The position numbers and the translations under genes were made by a program. Below the pieces are notes generated by a model. It worked only from the letters and a program-made list of their open reading frames with translations. It did not search any database and was not told where the DNA came from. Shown one piece after another: positions 36,313 through 46,475 of a stretch of 64,000 nt of DNA; position 1 is the stretch's first letter; the number at the start of each line of letters is the position of its first letter. This DNA is from an uncultured Acidimicrobiaceae bacterium (lineage in GTDB: Bacteria > Actinomycetota > Acidimicrobiia > Acidimicrobiales > RAAP-2), in NCBI GenBank assembly GCA_963737745.1, contig CAVTTR010000005.1, forward strand, positions 172,459-236,458, read 5' to 3'.

Positions 36313-37251
36313 TCAAGCCTTGGCGGGGAGGTCCACGCCCTCGGGGCGTCGGTCATCGGTGCGGGCACCCATGCCACCGAGGGTAAGCAGCTGGGCCGCA
36401 AGAGCCTGCGCCGCCCGAGGTACGGGCCGATCGGCCCGGTGGGCCAGAGCGACGGTCCTGCTCAACCCGGGGGCCTCGAAGCGAATCGCACTCAATGTCG
36501 TCTCGGGCGGCATGGCGATGGCCGGCACGACGGCGGCTCCGAGGCCGGCCGCCACAAAGGCCAACACCCCGTCCATTTCGCCACCTTGGCTCACCAGCCG
36601 AGGTTCGACGCCGGCCTCGCGGCACGCAGCCAGTGTGACCTCGCGCAGGTCGTAACCCTCCCGGAACATCACGAGTGCCAAGCCGTCCAGGTCAGCCACA
36701 CCGACGTGACGCCGCGTGGCCAATGGATGATCCCTCGCCACGGCCAGAACAAGCGGGTCGTCGAAGAGCGGCGTGGTGGCAACCACCGGGTCGTTGATGG
36801 GCAGCACCACCAGGGCCAGGTCGACTTCACCGCTGGCCAGCTGGCGCACGAGCTGGCGGGAACCGGCCTCCACCACCAAGAGCTCGATCCCCGGATGGCT
36901 GGCGTGGAATTCGACCAGCGCCGGGGCCAAGACGCTCGTGATCAGGCTGGGCGTCGCCCCAATGGACAACCGGCCGCGGGACATCCCGGTGAGAGCCCGC
37001 GCTTCGGCCTTGGTGGCCTCCACATCGGCCAGGACGCGGCGGATGAAGGGCAAGAGCGCTTCGCCTTCTGCGGTGAGCGTGACCAAACCCTGACCCGGCC
37101 CGCGGTGAAACAAGAGGACCCCCAGCTCACGTTCGAGCAGGCGCACCTGGCGGCTCAGCGAGGGCTGGGCCAGATGGAGGCGTTCCGCGGCCTGGGTGAA
37201 GTGACGTTCCTCGGCCACGGCCATCACGTAACGCAGCTGATGGAGTTGCAC
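36313..37251 (-). CDS. LysR-family transcriptional regulator
   Basis: MQLHQLRYVMAVAEERHFTQAAERLHLAQPSLSRQVRLLERELG is a canonical LTTR HTH. 312 aa. Confidence 0.92.
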   Translation of the reverse strand: MQLHQLRYVMAVAEERHFTQAAERLHLAQPSLSRQVRLLERELGVLLFHRGPGQGLVTLTAEGEALLPFIRRVLADVEATKAEARALTGMSRGRLSIGATPSLITSVLAPALVEFHASHPGIELLVVEAGSRQLVRQLASGEVDLALVVLPINDPVVATTPLFDDPLVLAVARDHPLATRRHVGVADLDGLALVMFREGYDLREVTLAACREAGVEPRLVSQGGEMDGVLAFVAAGLGAAVVPAIAMPPETTLSAIRFEAPGLSRTVALAHRADRPVPRAAQALAAQLLTLGGMGARTDDRRPEGVDLPAKA

Positions 37252-37270
37252 CGATACAGTCTAGGGAGTT

Positions 37271-37291
37271 TCCATAGCTAATAGCTATGGA
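37271..37291. promoter_or_regulatory. Perfect 21-bp palindrome TCCATAGCTA-A-TAGCTATGGA, candidate LTTR binding site (contains T-N11-A)
   Basis: Read directly. It lies 20 nt upstream of the LysR start, in the LysR/sdh divergent spacer. Confidence 0.6.
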
Positions 37292-37441
37292 TCTCATGTT
37301 GATTATGTCTTTGACGTCTGGATGCCGGGTGTCTAGCGTCCGGGAGAACGCCGCGTTTCACAAAGTTGCGTGGTCGCGCACGGACAATGGAATGATTGGC
37401 CCGCCACGACCCGCCCTGTGCGGGCACTGAGGAGGTCTGAA

Positions 37442-38272
37442 GTGACGTCGACACTCGAGGAAGCGCCGGGCACCCCGGTCGCTATTGGAGGCACGAGGGG
37501 CGGCCCGGACAAGCCCACCCTGCGCAAAGACCGATGGTGGATTGAGCCCGCCGTCACGTTCACCATCCTCACCGCGTTCGCCGTCTACGCCACATTCGCC
37601 GCCTTCATGAACCGGGACTATTACGCCGGGGCGGCGCTGCACCGCAACCTGATCGCCCCGCTCGATTCGCCCTGCCTCACCGGCAGCTGCGTCCCGGGCA
37701 GCCATCCTTTCGGGGTCTGGATCGCGGCGTGGCACATCACGCCGGCCCTCTTGATCCTGATCTTCCCGCTCGGCTTCCGCTTGACTTGCTATTACTACCG
37801 CAAGGCGTACTACCGCTCCTTTTGGTTCTCCCCGCCGGCCTGCGGTGTGGCCGATGCCCACAGCAGTTACAGCGGCGAGACGCGGATTCCGCTCATCCTG
37901 CAGAACGTCCACCGCTACTTCTTCTGGCTCCTGCTCATCTTCAACGCCATCCTCACCTACGACGCCGTCGAAGCGTTCCGTCAGCCCGGGTACGGGATCG
38001 GCATCAGTGTGGGCACGATCATCCTCGTTCTGAACGCCACGTTCCTCTGGCTCTACAGCCTCTCGTGTCACGCCTGCCGTCACTTCTGTGGTGGCCAGGT
38101 CCGCTCCTTCGCCAAACACCCCATCCGGCACAAGTTGTGGAAGCTGGTGACGCCGCTGAACGCGCACCACATGAAATTCGCCTGGATCAGTCTTTTCGGT
38201 GTCGCGCTGTGCGACCTCTACGTGCGACTGGTAGCCAGCGGCACCATTACTGACCCCGGCTTCCACTTCTAA
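37442..38272 (+). CDS. Succinate dehydrogenase/fumarate reductase membrane anchor (Sdh1-type, Rv0249c-like)
   Basis: GTG 37442 preceded by GAGGAGG. A multi-TM protein with LSCHACRHFCGG. It sits directly upstream of the flavoprotein and Fe-S subunits. Confidence 0.7.
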   Translation: MTSTLEEAPGTPVAIGGTRGGPDKPTLRKDRWWIEPAVTFTILTAFAVYATFAAFMNRDYYAGAALHRNLIAPLDSPCLTGSCVPGSHPFGVWIAAWHITPALLILIFPLGFRLTCYYYRKAYYRSFWFSPPACGVADAHSSYSGETRIPLILQNVHRYFFWLLLIFNAILTYDAVEAFRQPGYGIGISVGTIILVLNATFLWLYSLSCHACRHFCGGQVRSFAKHPIRHKLWKLVTPLNAHHMKFAWISLFGVALCDLYVRLVASGTITDPGFHF

Positions 38273-38282
38273 AGGACCTCAC

Positions 38283-40097
38283 ATGGCCGACTACATCACA
38301 CACGACTACGACGTCATCGTCATTGGTGCCGGTGGCGCCGGGATGCGCGCCGCCATTGAGTCCCACGAGCGCGGGCTGCGCACGGCGCTCGTCTGCAAGT
38401 CCCTTCTGGGCAAGGCGCACACGGTCATGGCCGAAGGGGGCTGTGCGGCCGCCATGGGCAACGTCTACTCCGAAGACAACTGGAAAGTCCACTTCCGCGA
38501 CACGATGCGCGGCGGCAAAATGCTCAACAACTGGCGCATGGCCCAGCTCCACGCGCAAGAAGCGCCCGACCGCGTCTACGAGCTCGAACGCTGGGGTGCC
38601 CTCTTCGATCGCACGAAAGACGGCCGCATCCTTCAACGCGACTTCGGTGGCCACCGCTACGCCCGCTTGGCCCACGTGGGCGACCGTACCGGACTCGAGA
38701 TCATCCGCACCCTGCAGCAGAAGGCCGTGTCGGCCGGCATCGACGTCTTCATGGAGTGCAAGATCCTCAAGCTCCTGCCCGACAGCGAAGGCCGGATTTC
38801 GGGCGCCGTGGGCTACATGCGCCCGACCGGCGAGATGGTGGTCTTCACCGCCAAGTCCGTCGTCTTGGCCACGGGGTCGATCGGCAAATCGTGGACGTAC
38901 ACCTCGAACTCGTGGGAATCGGTGGGCGACGGCCACGCCATGGCCATCTGGGCCGGCGCCGATGTCATCGACATGGAGTGTGTGCAGTTCCACCCGACGG
39001 GCATGGTGTGGCCGCTCAGCGTGCGGGGCATTTTGGTGACCGAAGGCGTGCGCGGCGACGGCGGTGTGTTGCGCAACTCCGAAGGCAAGCGCTTCATGTT
39101 CGATTACATCGCCGACATGTTCAAAGCGGAGACCGCCAAGACCGAGGAGGAGGCCGACCGCTGGTACGAGGATCACACCAACAATGGCCGCACCCCTGAC
39201 CTCCTGCCCCGCGACGAGGTGGCGCGCGCCATCAACTCTGAGGTCAAGGCGGGCCGTGGCACCCCTCACGGCGGCGTCTACCTCGATATCGCCTCCCGCC
39301 GTTCCGCCGAGTACATCCGGCGTCGTCTTCCGTCCATGTACCACCAGTTCATGGAATTGGCGGGCGTCGACATCACGGCCACGCCGATGGAGGTCGGCCC
39401 GACCTGTCACTACATGATGGGCGGCGTGCGCGTCGACGCCGAGACCGAAGCAGCGACGGTTCCCGGCCTCTTCGCCGCTGGGGAGGTGGCCGGCGGCATG
39501 CACGGCGCCAACCGGCTCGGTGGCAACTCGCTGTCTGACTTGCTCGTGTTCGGGCGCCGGGCCGGGATCGGCGCGTCGGACTTCGCCGAGGGCCGGACGG
39601 GTACCCCGACCGTCGACGCGGCGGAGGTCCAGTCGGTGATCGACGAGGCTTTGGCCCCGTTCAGCCGGGAAGGCGGCGGCAATCCCTACGACGTCCAGCA
39701 CGAGTTGCAGCAGACCATGCAGTCACTGGTAGGCATCATCCGCACCGGTCCCGAACTCGTAGAGGCACTCGACAAACTCGAGGAGTTCAAGGAGCGGACG
39801 TCAAAGCTGACCGTCAAAGGTGGCATGGCCTACAACCCGGGCTGGAACCTGGCCACCGACCTCCCGTCCATGGTGACCACCTCGATCGCGGTGGCACAAG
39901 GCGCGCTCAACCGCGAGGAGTCCCGCGGTGGCCATACGAGGGAGGACTTCCCGCTGCCCGACCCCGAACTGGGCAAGGTCAACTTCGTGCAACGCCAGAC
40001 CGATGCGCACGGCTACCTGGCTCCCATATCCATCGATCCCGAGCCGCTGCCTGAAATGCCGGCAGAGTTGCGGGCACTGCTCGAGGAGGCACACTGA
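38283..40097 (+). CDS. sdhA: Succinate dehydrogenase / fumarate reductase flavoprotein subunit
   Basis: YDVIVIGAGGAGMRAA FAD motif, AHTVMAEGG, HPTG, GLFAAGEVAGGMHGANRLGGNSL. 604 aa. Confidence 0.92.
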   Translation: MADYITHDYDVIVIGAGGAGMRAAIESHERGLRTALVCKSLLGKAHTVMAEGGCAAAMGNVYSEDNWKVHFRDTMRGGKMLNNWRMAQLHAQEAPDRVYELERWGALFDRTKDGRILQRDFGGHRYARLAHVGDRTGLEIIRTLQQKAVSAGIDVFMECKILKLLPDSEGRISGAVGYMRPTGEMVVFTAKSVVLATGSIGKSWTYTSNSWESVGDGHAMAIWAGADVIDMECVQFHPTGMVWPLSVRGILVTEGVRGDGGVLRNSEGKRFMFDYIADMFKAETAKTEEEADRWYEDHTNNGRTPDLLPRDEVARAINSEVKAGRGTPHGGVYLDIASRRSAEYIRRRLPSMYHQFMELAGVDITATPMEVGPTCHYMMGGVRVDAETEAATVPGLFAAGEVAGGMHGANRLGGNSLSDLLVFGRRAGIGASDFAEGRTGTPTVDAAEVQSVIDEALAPFSREGGGNPYDVQHELQQTMQSLVGIIRTGPELVEALDKLEEFKERTSKLTVKGGMAYNPGWNLATDLPSMVTTSIAVAQGALNREESRGGHTREDFPLPDPELGKVNFVQRQTDAHGYLAPISIDPEPLPEMPAELRALLEEAH

Positions 40098-40888
40098 TGC
40101 CAGAGAACGAAGTTGCGGGCGAATTCACCATGCGGCTGTGGCGCGGTGACCCCTCGGGCGGAGAGTTCACCGATTATGTGGTACCCGCCGTCGAAGGCGA
40201 GGTCGTCCTCGACGTTATCCACCGCATTCAGGCCGGTCCCGCGCCCGATCTGGCCTGCCGCTGGAACTGCAAGGCTGGCAAGTGCGGTTCGTGCTCGGCG
40301 GAGATCAACGGGCTGCCCCGGCTGATGTGCATGACGCGTATGGACACTCTCCCCGAAGGCGAGCCCGTCACGGTGGCGCCGATGAAGACGTTTCCCATCA
40401 TCCGCGACCTGGTGACCGACGTCAGCTTCAACTACGAGGTGGCAAAGACGATCCCCGCCTTCAAACCGGGCCCCGAGCCTGAGGGTGGCTACCGCATGGC
40501 ACAGATCGACGTGGAGAGGGGTCAGGAGTTTCGCAAGTGCATCGAGTGCTTCATGTGCCAGGACGTCTGCCACGTCATCCGCGACCACGAAGAGAACAAG
40601 CCCAAGTACGCCGGGCCTCGTTTCTTCATCCGCTTCGCCGAACTCGAGATGCACCCGCTCGACACCAATGACCGTCGCGAGTTGGCGCGTTCGGGTGCCG
40701 GACTGGGCTTGTGCAACATCACCAAGTGCTGCACCGAGGTCTGCCCCGAGCACATCAAGATCACGGACAACGCCATCATCCCGATGAAAGAACGAGTGGT
40801 CGACGCGCACTACGACCCGGTGGCGTGGCTCGGCCGCAAAATCTTGAAGCGCACCAAGAAGACCGCCGAAGAGGCGTCCGCCGGCTGA
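40097..40888 (+). CDS. sdhB: Succinate dehydrogenase / fumarate reductase iron-sulfur subunit
   Basis: CRWNCKAGKCGSCSAEING (2Fe-2S), CIECFMCQDVC and CNITKCCTEVCP (4Fe-4S / 3Fe-4S). The ATG overlaps the sdhA TGA (TGATG). Confidence 0.92.
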   Translation: MPENEVAGEFTMRLWRGDPSGGEFTDYVVPAVEGEVVLDVIHRIQAGPAPDLACRWNCKAGKCGSCSAEINGLPRLMCMTRMDTLPEGEPVTVAPMKTFPIIRDLVTDVSFNYEVAKTIPAFKPGPEPEGGYRMAQIDVERGQEFRKCIECFMCQDVCHVIRDHEENKPKYAGPRFFIRFAELEMHPLDTNDRRELARSGAGLGLCNITKCCTEVCPEHIKITDNAIIPMKERVVDAHYDPVAWLGRKILKRTKKTAEEASAG

Positions 40889-40915
40889 GCCGGAGGACGC
40901 CCTGACGGTACGTCG

Positions 40916-41392
40916 ATGCCCCCCTATCTCTCACCCGCCTGGGTCCAGGCGTTCAATGCCGCCCTGGAGGGACTCGATCTTTCGGCCGCCATCACCGCGG
41001 CGGGAGCCGGTTCCTTGACGGTGTCGCAGGGGAACTTCAGCGTGGCGCAGGTCGTGACTGATGCTCCGGACGTGGACGGGGCCACCGGCGGGTCGGAGGG
41101 TGGCAGCACCGATTCGGGAGGCGTGATTGTCCGCACCGTCCTCGCTGTACGCGATGGCCACATCACCCTTACCTCGGACCCGGATGCGTCCTTACCCTCG
41201 AACGTCACCATCGTCCTGCCCTATGCCGATGCTCTCTCCATTGCCCGCGGCGAGCTCGACCCGGCCGACGCGCTGGCGGCGGGTCGCGTCCGCGTCCGCG
41301 GTGAGCTGGCCGTCCTCGTGGCGGGCCAAGCGGTCCTCAACGCCGCGTCCGCCGCCCTCGGCCGGTCCCTGACCGACTTGACCGAGGCCTGA
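40916..41392 (+). CDS. SCP2 sterol-binding domain protein
   Basis: N-terminus SPAWVQAFNAAL and C-terminus ARGELDPADALAAGRVRVRGELAVL are typical of SCP2-like domains. Confidence 0.7.
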   Translation: MPPYLSPAWVQAFNAALEGLDLSAAITAAGAGSLTVSQGNFSVAQVVTDAPDVDGATGGSEGGSTDSGGVIVRTVLAVRDGHITLTSDPDASLPSNVTIVLPYADALSIARGELDPADALAAGRVRVRGELAVLVAGQAVLNAASAALGRSLTDLTEA

Positions 41393-41693
41393 ACGACCTG
41401 ACCAAGGCCTGACCGAGGCGAGCGACGGTGCCTGACGACGACGGAGACGTCATTGCCTGCGCCGGTCAATCCCGTCGGCCACGCATCATTTTGGCGTGTG
41501 CCGAATAATCCTCGCTGGAGATACGCGTCGCCAAGCTGATTCATGTGGTCACGGTGTTCTGTCCCTCCCGGCCGAAAGGAGTGACCACGGGGTGCACACA
41601 TCGGCGAAAGCTCGCGTTGAGCGGTCAATCCGGCACAGCACTATCGTGGCGGGTACCGGCTCGTAACGAGCGGGCCGCAGTAGGGAGGACGAC

Positions 41694-41906
41694 GTGCATC
41701 AGCCGATCAGCGACCACTTCCTGTCCAGGTACCGCAGCCTGCTCGACGCCGAAGATGAGGCGTTCGACGAACTCGAGCACGCATGCGAAGAGGGCAATCG
41801 CGTGCAGTTCGACAAAGACATGGTTGATTGGCAATCGGCACTGGAGCACAAGCTGGCCTTCCTGCAGGGCGCGGGGATCGAAGTACGACTGCCCATTTCG
41901 TCTTGA
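41694..41906 (+). CDS. Small hypothetical acidic protein (70 aa)
   Basis: GTG start preceded by GGGAGGA at good spacing. Helical-looking sequence. Confidence 0.5.
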   Translation: MHQPISDHFLSRYRSLLDAEDEAFDELEHACEEGNRVQFDKDMVDWQSALEHKLAFLQGAGIEVRLPISS

Positions 41907-42038
41907 GCCTGGTGTAGCTGGAGGGCGCGCCTCTCCGCAGCCAGTCGTACGTCTGGATCCTTGGTGCTACCACGCACCTGTCTGACGTACTGCCTTCCTT
42001 GGAGGTCGACGATCGAGGGATAACACTGGGCAGCGGAG

Positions 42039-44453
42039 GTGACCTTGGGCGCTGTCTGGCTGGTATTCCGCGCTGAGTTGCGCCGTCGGTGGCGATCCTG
42101 GCTGATCCTGGTCGTGCTCGTCGGCGTTGTGGGAGGGCTGGCCCTGGCCGCCATGGCGGCCGGGCGCCGTACGTCCTCGGCTTTCCCGCGCTTCGTCGCT
42201 TCCCACGGTTATGACGTCTATATCTTCAATGACAAGCCCGTGCCGGGGCTGGCCCGACTCCCCGGTGTGGCCGCGGTCACCAGCATTGTCATTCCCGGGT
42301 ACGGACAGCCGACGTGCGCCTGCACCCACGCCATCAACTCCTCTGACTTCTACGTCAACGAGCTCACGACGACACAATTCGGCCGCGCGGTGAAGTTGGT
42401 CGCTGGTCGCATGCCCAGCCCGTCGGCGCCGGACGAGGTCCTGGCCTCTTTCACCCTCCAGCACGATTACGGGATACAGATCGGCTCATCCCTCCGCGTC
42501 CCGTTCTACGCACCGTCGCAACGAGCGGCGCTCAACAGCAACGGAGCAGTCGCACCTACCGGGCCGACTCTGACGTTGCACGTCGTGGGCATAGAAGCAG
42601 CCGAGTTCGAATTTCCTTCGGGCACGGGACCCGAATACGACTTGTTCACGACGCCGGCATTTGCCCGCTCCGTGAACCACCGGACACTACAAGCCTCGGT
42701 GTACCTGGTCCGGCTCCGCCACGGGACGGTCGATCTGCCTCGATTCGCGGCCGCAATCAATCTCCTCCACGTCACGTACGTTTCGGACCAGGACGCATCC
42801 GCTCAGGCCGTGGCGGCGTCGATCCACCCCCAGGCCGTGGGCTGGTGGATACTCGCCGCCTTTGCCGCACTGGCAGGCCTGGCGGTCGTCGGACAGGGAC
42901 TCGGCCGCCAGAGCATCGTCGAGAGCGAGGAGTATCCAAAACTCGTTGCCTTGGGTCTGCCGCGCCGCCAGCTCATCTTGTTGGGTATGACACGAAATAT
43001 CATGCTGGCGCTCGGAGGAGCGGCCGGCGCGGTGATGGTCGCTTTCGCCCTTTCCCCGCTTGCTCCCGTGGGCGAGGCACGCCTGGCCGAACCCTCGCCC
43101 GGTTTGGCCTTCGACCCCCTGGTCCTCTTCCTGGGCGCGCTGGCCACCGTGGTTGTGGTCGTGGCTCTGGGTTTGTGGCCCTCCATTCGCGCCTCGCGTG
43201 TTCGAGCCGGCAGTAGCCCCTACGGCCAATTCCGGCGGTCGTCGATTGTGGCTCATCTGTCCGCCACCGGCGCTCCTCCGAGCGCAGTGATCGGTATTCG
43301 TCACGCTCTCGAGCGGGGACGGGGTGCCGCTTCGGTCCCGGTGGAAACTGCACTTTTCGGTACCGTCATCGCCGTCATTGCCCTCTGTGCCACCGCCGTC
43401 TTCGGCGCCAGCCTGTCGCACCTGACGGCCACGCCCGCGCTTTACGGTCAGGACTACCAGATCACCTTTTCAGCCAATCAGGGCAATCCGACCAAAGCAC
43501 TGGCCGCAGTAGAACGCGATCATGCCGTCAGCGGCATCATGGTCGGCACACGGGATGAGGTGTCGATCAACGGCAGAAGCGTCCTGACGGTGGCCGGCCG
43601 GGCCATACGCGGCCCACTACTCATTTCAACTGTCGCTGGTCGGGTGCCATCTGGTGAAGGTGAAATCACTCTGGGCAATACCACGCTCCATCAAGTGGGC
43701 GCCCGCGTGGGTTCGAAGGTACGTGTGACCTTGCAGTCGCCAACGGGAGGCACGACCACCGCTTCGTTTCGCGTTGTAGGGACGGCGTCGTTTCCGAGCG
43801 ACTTCGGCCTGGGGGGTCTGGGCACGGGGGCCGCCATGACCTTCGCCGGCTACCTGCACGCGCTCTGCCCCCCAGGGCCGGCGCAGACGTCGTGTTTGAG
43901 CGTCTACCGCGCCAACGAGCAGTTGGTCGTTGTCGTGAACACGGTTTCTGGCGCTGCTGGACGGGCCGACACGGCCCACTACCTCCACTCCTACCCCGGA
44001 GTCGCCCAGCGGCCCGATACCCCGATCTCGCTCATCAACTTCGGGGAGGCGGTGAACTTCCCCCTCATCCTCGGCTTCGTGCTGGCGCTCTTCGGCGCAG
44101 CCACGCTCCTGCACCTCCTTGTGGTCAGCGTGGCTCGACGTCGGCGCGAGATCGGGCTCTTGAAGGCGCTGGGGTTCGTCAAGGGCCAAGTGGGCGCCAC
44201 GGTGTGCTGGCAGGCCAGCACGGTTGCCTTGGTGGGAATCATCGTCGGAATCCCATTGGGTGTTGCTCTCGGTCAGGCAGTGTGGCGAGCCTTTGCCACC
44301 AACCTGGGAGCTGTGCCTGTGTCCATCGTGCCGGTCGAGGTGATGGTCGCGCTGGGGGCGGGCGTGCTCGTCGTCGCTAATCTGCTGGCCCTGGCACCGG
44401 CGGTTGTGGCGGCTCGGTCGAAGAGCACGGCGCAGCTCCTACGTGTCCTGTAG
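42039..44453 (+). CDS. ABC-transporter-type permease with two FtsX domains (MacB/YbbP-like)
   Basis: 804 aa. Two blocks, each of 1 TM + extracytoplasmic domain + 3 TM. The C-terminal ..RRREIGLLKALGFVKGQV.. is a typical FtsX-domain signature. Confidence 0.85.
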   Translation: MTLGAVWLVFRAELRRRWRSWLILVVLVGVVGGLALAAMAAGRRTSSAFPRFVASHGYDVYIFNDKPVPGLARLPGVAAVTSIVIPGYGQPTCACTHAINSSDFYVNELTTTQFGRAVKLVAGRMPSPSAPDEVLASFTLQHDYGIQIGSSLRVPFYAPSQRAALNSNGAVAPTGPTLTLHVVGIEAAEFEFPSGTGPEYDLFTTPAFARSVNHRTLQASVYLVRLRHGTVDLPRFAAAINLLHVTYVSDQDASAQAVAASIHPQAVGWWILAAFAALAGLAVVGQGLGRQSIVESEEYPKLVALGLPRRQLILLGMTRNIMLALGGAAGAVMVAFALSPLAPVGEARLAEPSPGLAFDPLVLFLGALATVVVVVALGLWPSIRASRVRAGSSPYGQFRRSSIVAHLSATGAPPSAVIGIRHALERGRGAASVPVETALFGTVIAVIALCATAVFGASLSHLTATPALYGQDYQITFSANQGNPTKALAAVERDHAVSGIMVGTRDEVSINGRSVLTVAGRAIRGPLLISTVAGRVPSGEGEITLGNTTLHQVGARVGSKVRVTLQSPTGGTTTASFRVVGTASFPSDFGLGGLGTGAAMTFAGYLHALCPPGPAQTSCLSVYRANEQLVVVVNTVSGAAGRADTAHYLHSYPGVAQRPDTPISLINFGEAVNFPLILGFVLALFGAATLLHLLVVSVARRRREIGLLKALGFVKGQVGATVCWQASTVALVGIIVGIPLGVALGQAVWRAFATNLGAVPVSIVPVEVMVALGAGVLVVANLLALAPAVVAARSKSTAQLLRVL

Positions 44454-44557
44454 TGGTGAAGGACTGAGATCGTGATCGGGGTGGCGGTCCCCGCCGGTCG
44501 GCTTCCAGTTTCGGGCTGACCCCATGCCCTAGGGGCGGCTCCATGGCCACGCACTCC

Positions 44558-44911
44558 TCAGCGCAAGCTATTGGCGCAGTCGAAACATGTCCGTCCCGCA
44601 GGCAGAGCGGCCAGACGTTCGGACGAGATCTGGGAATGACATCGTTCGCAGACCGCGTAGCTCCCTGCCGCAAGGCGGGCCAACGCTGCATCGAGTTCCT
44701 CCACGTTCGACCGGGCTCCAGCCAGCAGTGCGGACACCTGCGCCCTCTCGTACGCAATCGTTGATCCCTCGGGGTCGTGCTCGTCATCGAGGTTGGCATT
44801 GGCCGCGGCGGCAACGATTGCGTCGAGATCCGCCTGCATGGCCCGGATTCGAGCCAGAGCCGCCGCACGCTCCGCGTTGAGCACTTCACGAATGGTTGAT
44901 TCGTCCATCAT
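44558..44911 (-). CDS. TraR/DksA-family C4 zinc-finger protein
   Basis: VCERCHSQISSERLAALPAGRTCFDCA (CxxC-x17-CxxC) after a coiled-coil. ATG 44911 preceded by GAGGA. Confidence 0.8.
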   Translation of the reverse strand: MMDESTIREVLNAERAAALARIRAMQADLDAIVAAAANANLDDEHDPEGSTIAYERAQVSALLAGARSNVEELDAALARLAAGSYAVCERCHSQISSERLAALPAGRTCFDCANSLR

Positions 44912-44958
44912 TTGGTCCTCGAGCCGCCCGCCGGAGGGGCGGACACCGTCAGCTTCGC

Positions 44959-45612
44959 TCAGTGGACGCGGTCGCGCCAAGCCAAGGCGTCGACGAAGCG
45001 CGACGTCACGACAACCAGCATCGAAATGGCGTGACGCTCGCGCCGACGAATTGGGGCGGGTCGACCACCGCAGACCGTGAGCTCGGTCTCGGGGATGGCC
45101 TCGACGAACACGCCCGAGTTGGTGGTGTCGTTGGACGGGTCGGCGCCGCTCTGCGAACCCTCGGCGAACGCGTTCAACCAGGCAATGTTCGGGGCATCAC
45201 CATGCACCTCGGAAAAGGTCTGCAGACCCAGATCGGCCACAGCAAGCCAGGTGAGGTCGAAGAGGGACATGAGCTGGCTCGAAAGCGTGTTCATGGCGGC
45301 CGTCGCCGTCGCCGCCTGCAGGATGGCCGCCGCCGCGTTGAGAATGGTGTCTTCGCGGTCTTGCGCCACGGTGTTCAGCTCGCGCACGTCTTCCACGCCA
45401 GCCCCGGGGATGTTGCGGATGCCCTTGCACACGGCATCGACGGCACCGGGATCATCGGGCAGCTCGACCACCAATTCATCGATGGCCACACCCGCTTCGC
45501 GCTCGAGCACCTCGAGACCGATGACGTTTCCCTTCACGGCTCCGATCTCGGCCGCGACGGCTCCGAGAACTCCGGGGGCATCAGGCAGCCAGATCCGCAT
45601 GCGAGTCAGCAT
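44959..45612 (-). CDS. ACT-domain protein
   Basis: N-terminus RIWLPDAPGVLGAVAAEIGAVKGNVIGLEVLER is an ACT beta-alpha-beta start. 217 aa. Confidence 0.65.
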   Translation of the reverse strand: MLTRMRIWLPDAPGVLGAVAAEIGAVKGNVIGLEVLEREAGVAIDELVVELPDDPGAVDAVCKGIRNIPGAGVEDVRELNTVAQDREDTILNAAAAILQAATATAAMNTLSSQLMSLFDLTWLAVADLGLQTFSEVHGDAPNIAWLNAFAEGSQSGADPSNDTTNSGVFVEAIPETELTVCGGRPAPIRRRERHAISMLVVVTSRFVDALAWRDRVH

Positions 45613-45632
45613 GGCGAGGACGTTCGCATGAC

Positions 45633-46475
45633 TTAATTGGTGCGCATGATGCGGACCCCGACGTGCATGGTGTGTTCCGCGTTACCGGCGTAGATACCCT
45701 TTACCGGCGGCACGTCGGAGTAGTCGCGCCCGCGTCCGATGGCGACGTGGCGCTCCCCGACCGCACAGTCGTTCGTCGGGTCGTAGCCCCACCACGATCC
45801 CGTCCAGACCTCGACCCAGGCGTGACTCTCGCCGACGATCTCCTCGCCGATCGTGGCGTCGGCCTCGGGATGAAAGTAACCCGACACATAGCGCGCCGGG
45901 AGGCCCACCGATTTGGTCATGGCCAGGGCGAGATGAGCGAAGTCCTGGCACACGCCGGCACCGTCGACGAAGGCCTCATTGGCCGAGGTGTGGACGCTGG
46001 TGACGCCACGTACGTAGCGCAGCGCCTCATGCGTTCGCTCCATGATGTTCTGCGCCGTTTTCAACGGCCGCTCGGATCGCAAGCTGGATGCGAGCTCGGC
46101 CAGCTCGGGTCCCGGGGCGGTGAAGAGCTTGTGCGAGAGAAAGTCCGCCATGGTGAGTGAGGCCACCTCAACCTCTTCCCACGATGCGTCCTCGGGCGCT
46201 TCGGGTCGTTGCGTGTCGATGAGCGCCGTCCCGATGATGGACAGCATCTCGTGACCCCGGTCGACGTTGAAGGCCACCACCTGGGTCCCCCAATAATCGG
46301 TGTAGGAGTACTGGGGTGCCGGCGGCACCGTGGCGATCTTTGTCTCGAGTGCCGTCTGCCGGCGTTCGGTTCGCGGCGTGAGGCGGAGCTCGTTGTAGGA
46401 GGCTCGCGCCGGCGCGTTGTAGTCGAAGCGGGTTTCGTGGCTGACGTGGAGGCGCCAGCCGTCGGCTCGGGTCAT
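45633..46475 (-). CDS. Transglutaminase-like cysteine peptidase family protein
   Basis: GAGVCQDFAHLALAMTKSVGLPARYVSGY...ESHAWVEVW...GYDPTN (Cys-His-Asp triad context). The ATG overlaps the alpha-E stop (ATGA). Confidence 0.88.
   Translation of the reverse strand: MTRADGWRLHVSHETRFDYNAPARASYNELRLTPRTERRQTALETKIATVPPAPQYSYTDYWGTQVVAFNVDRGHEMLSIIGTALIDTQRPEAPEDASWEEVEVASLTMADFLSHKLFTAPGPELAELASSLRSERPLKTAQNIMERTHEALRYVRGVTSVHTSANEAFVDGAGVCQDFAHLALAMTKSVGLPARYVSGYFHPEADATIGEEIVGESHAWVEVWTGSWWGYDPTNDCAVGERHVAIGRGRDYSDVPPVKGIYAGNAEHTMHVGVRIMRTN

Noticed and set aside
41375-41414. Imperfect 20-bp tandem duplication spanning the SCP2 gene stop (GACTTGACCGAGGCCTGAAC / GACCTGACCAAGGCCTGACC).
   Set aside because: There are only two copies with 17/20 identity. 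That is too short to separate slippage scar from chance, and no function is suggested.
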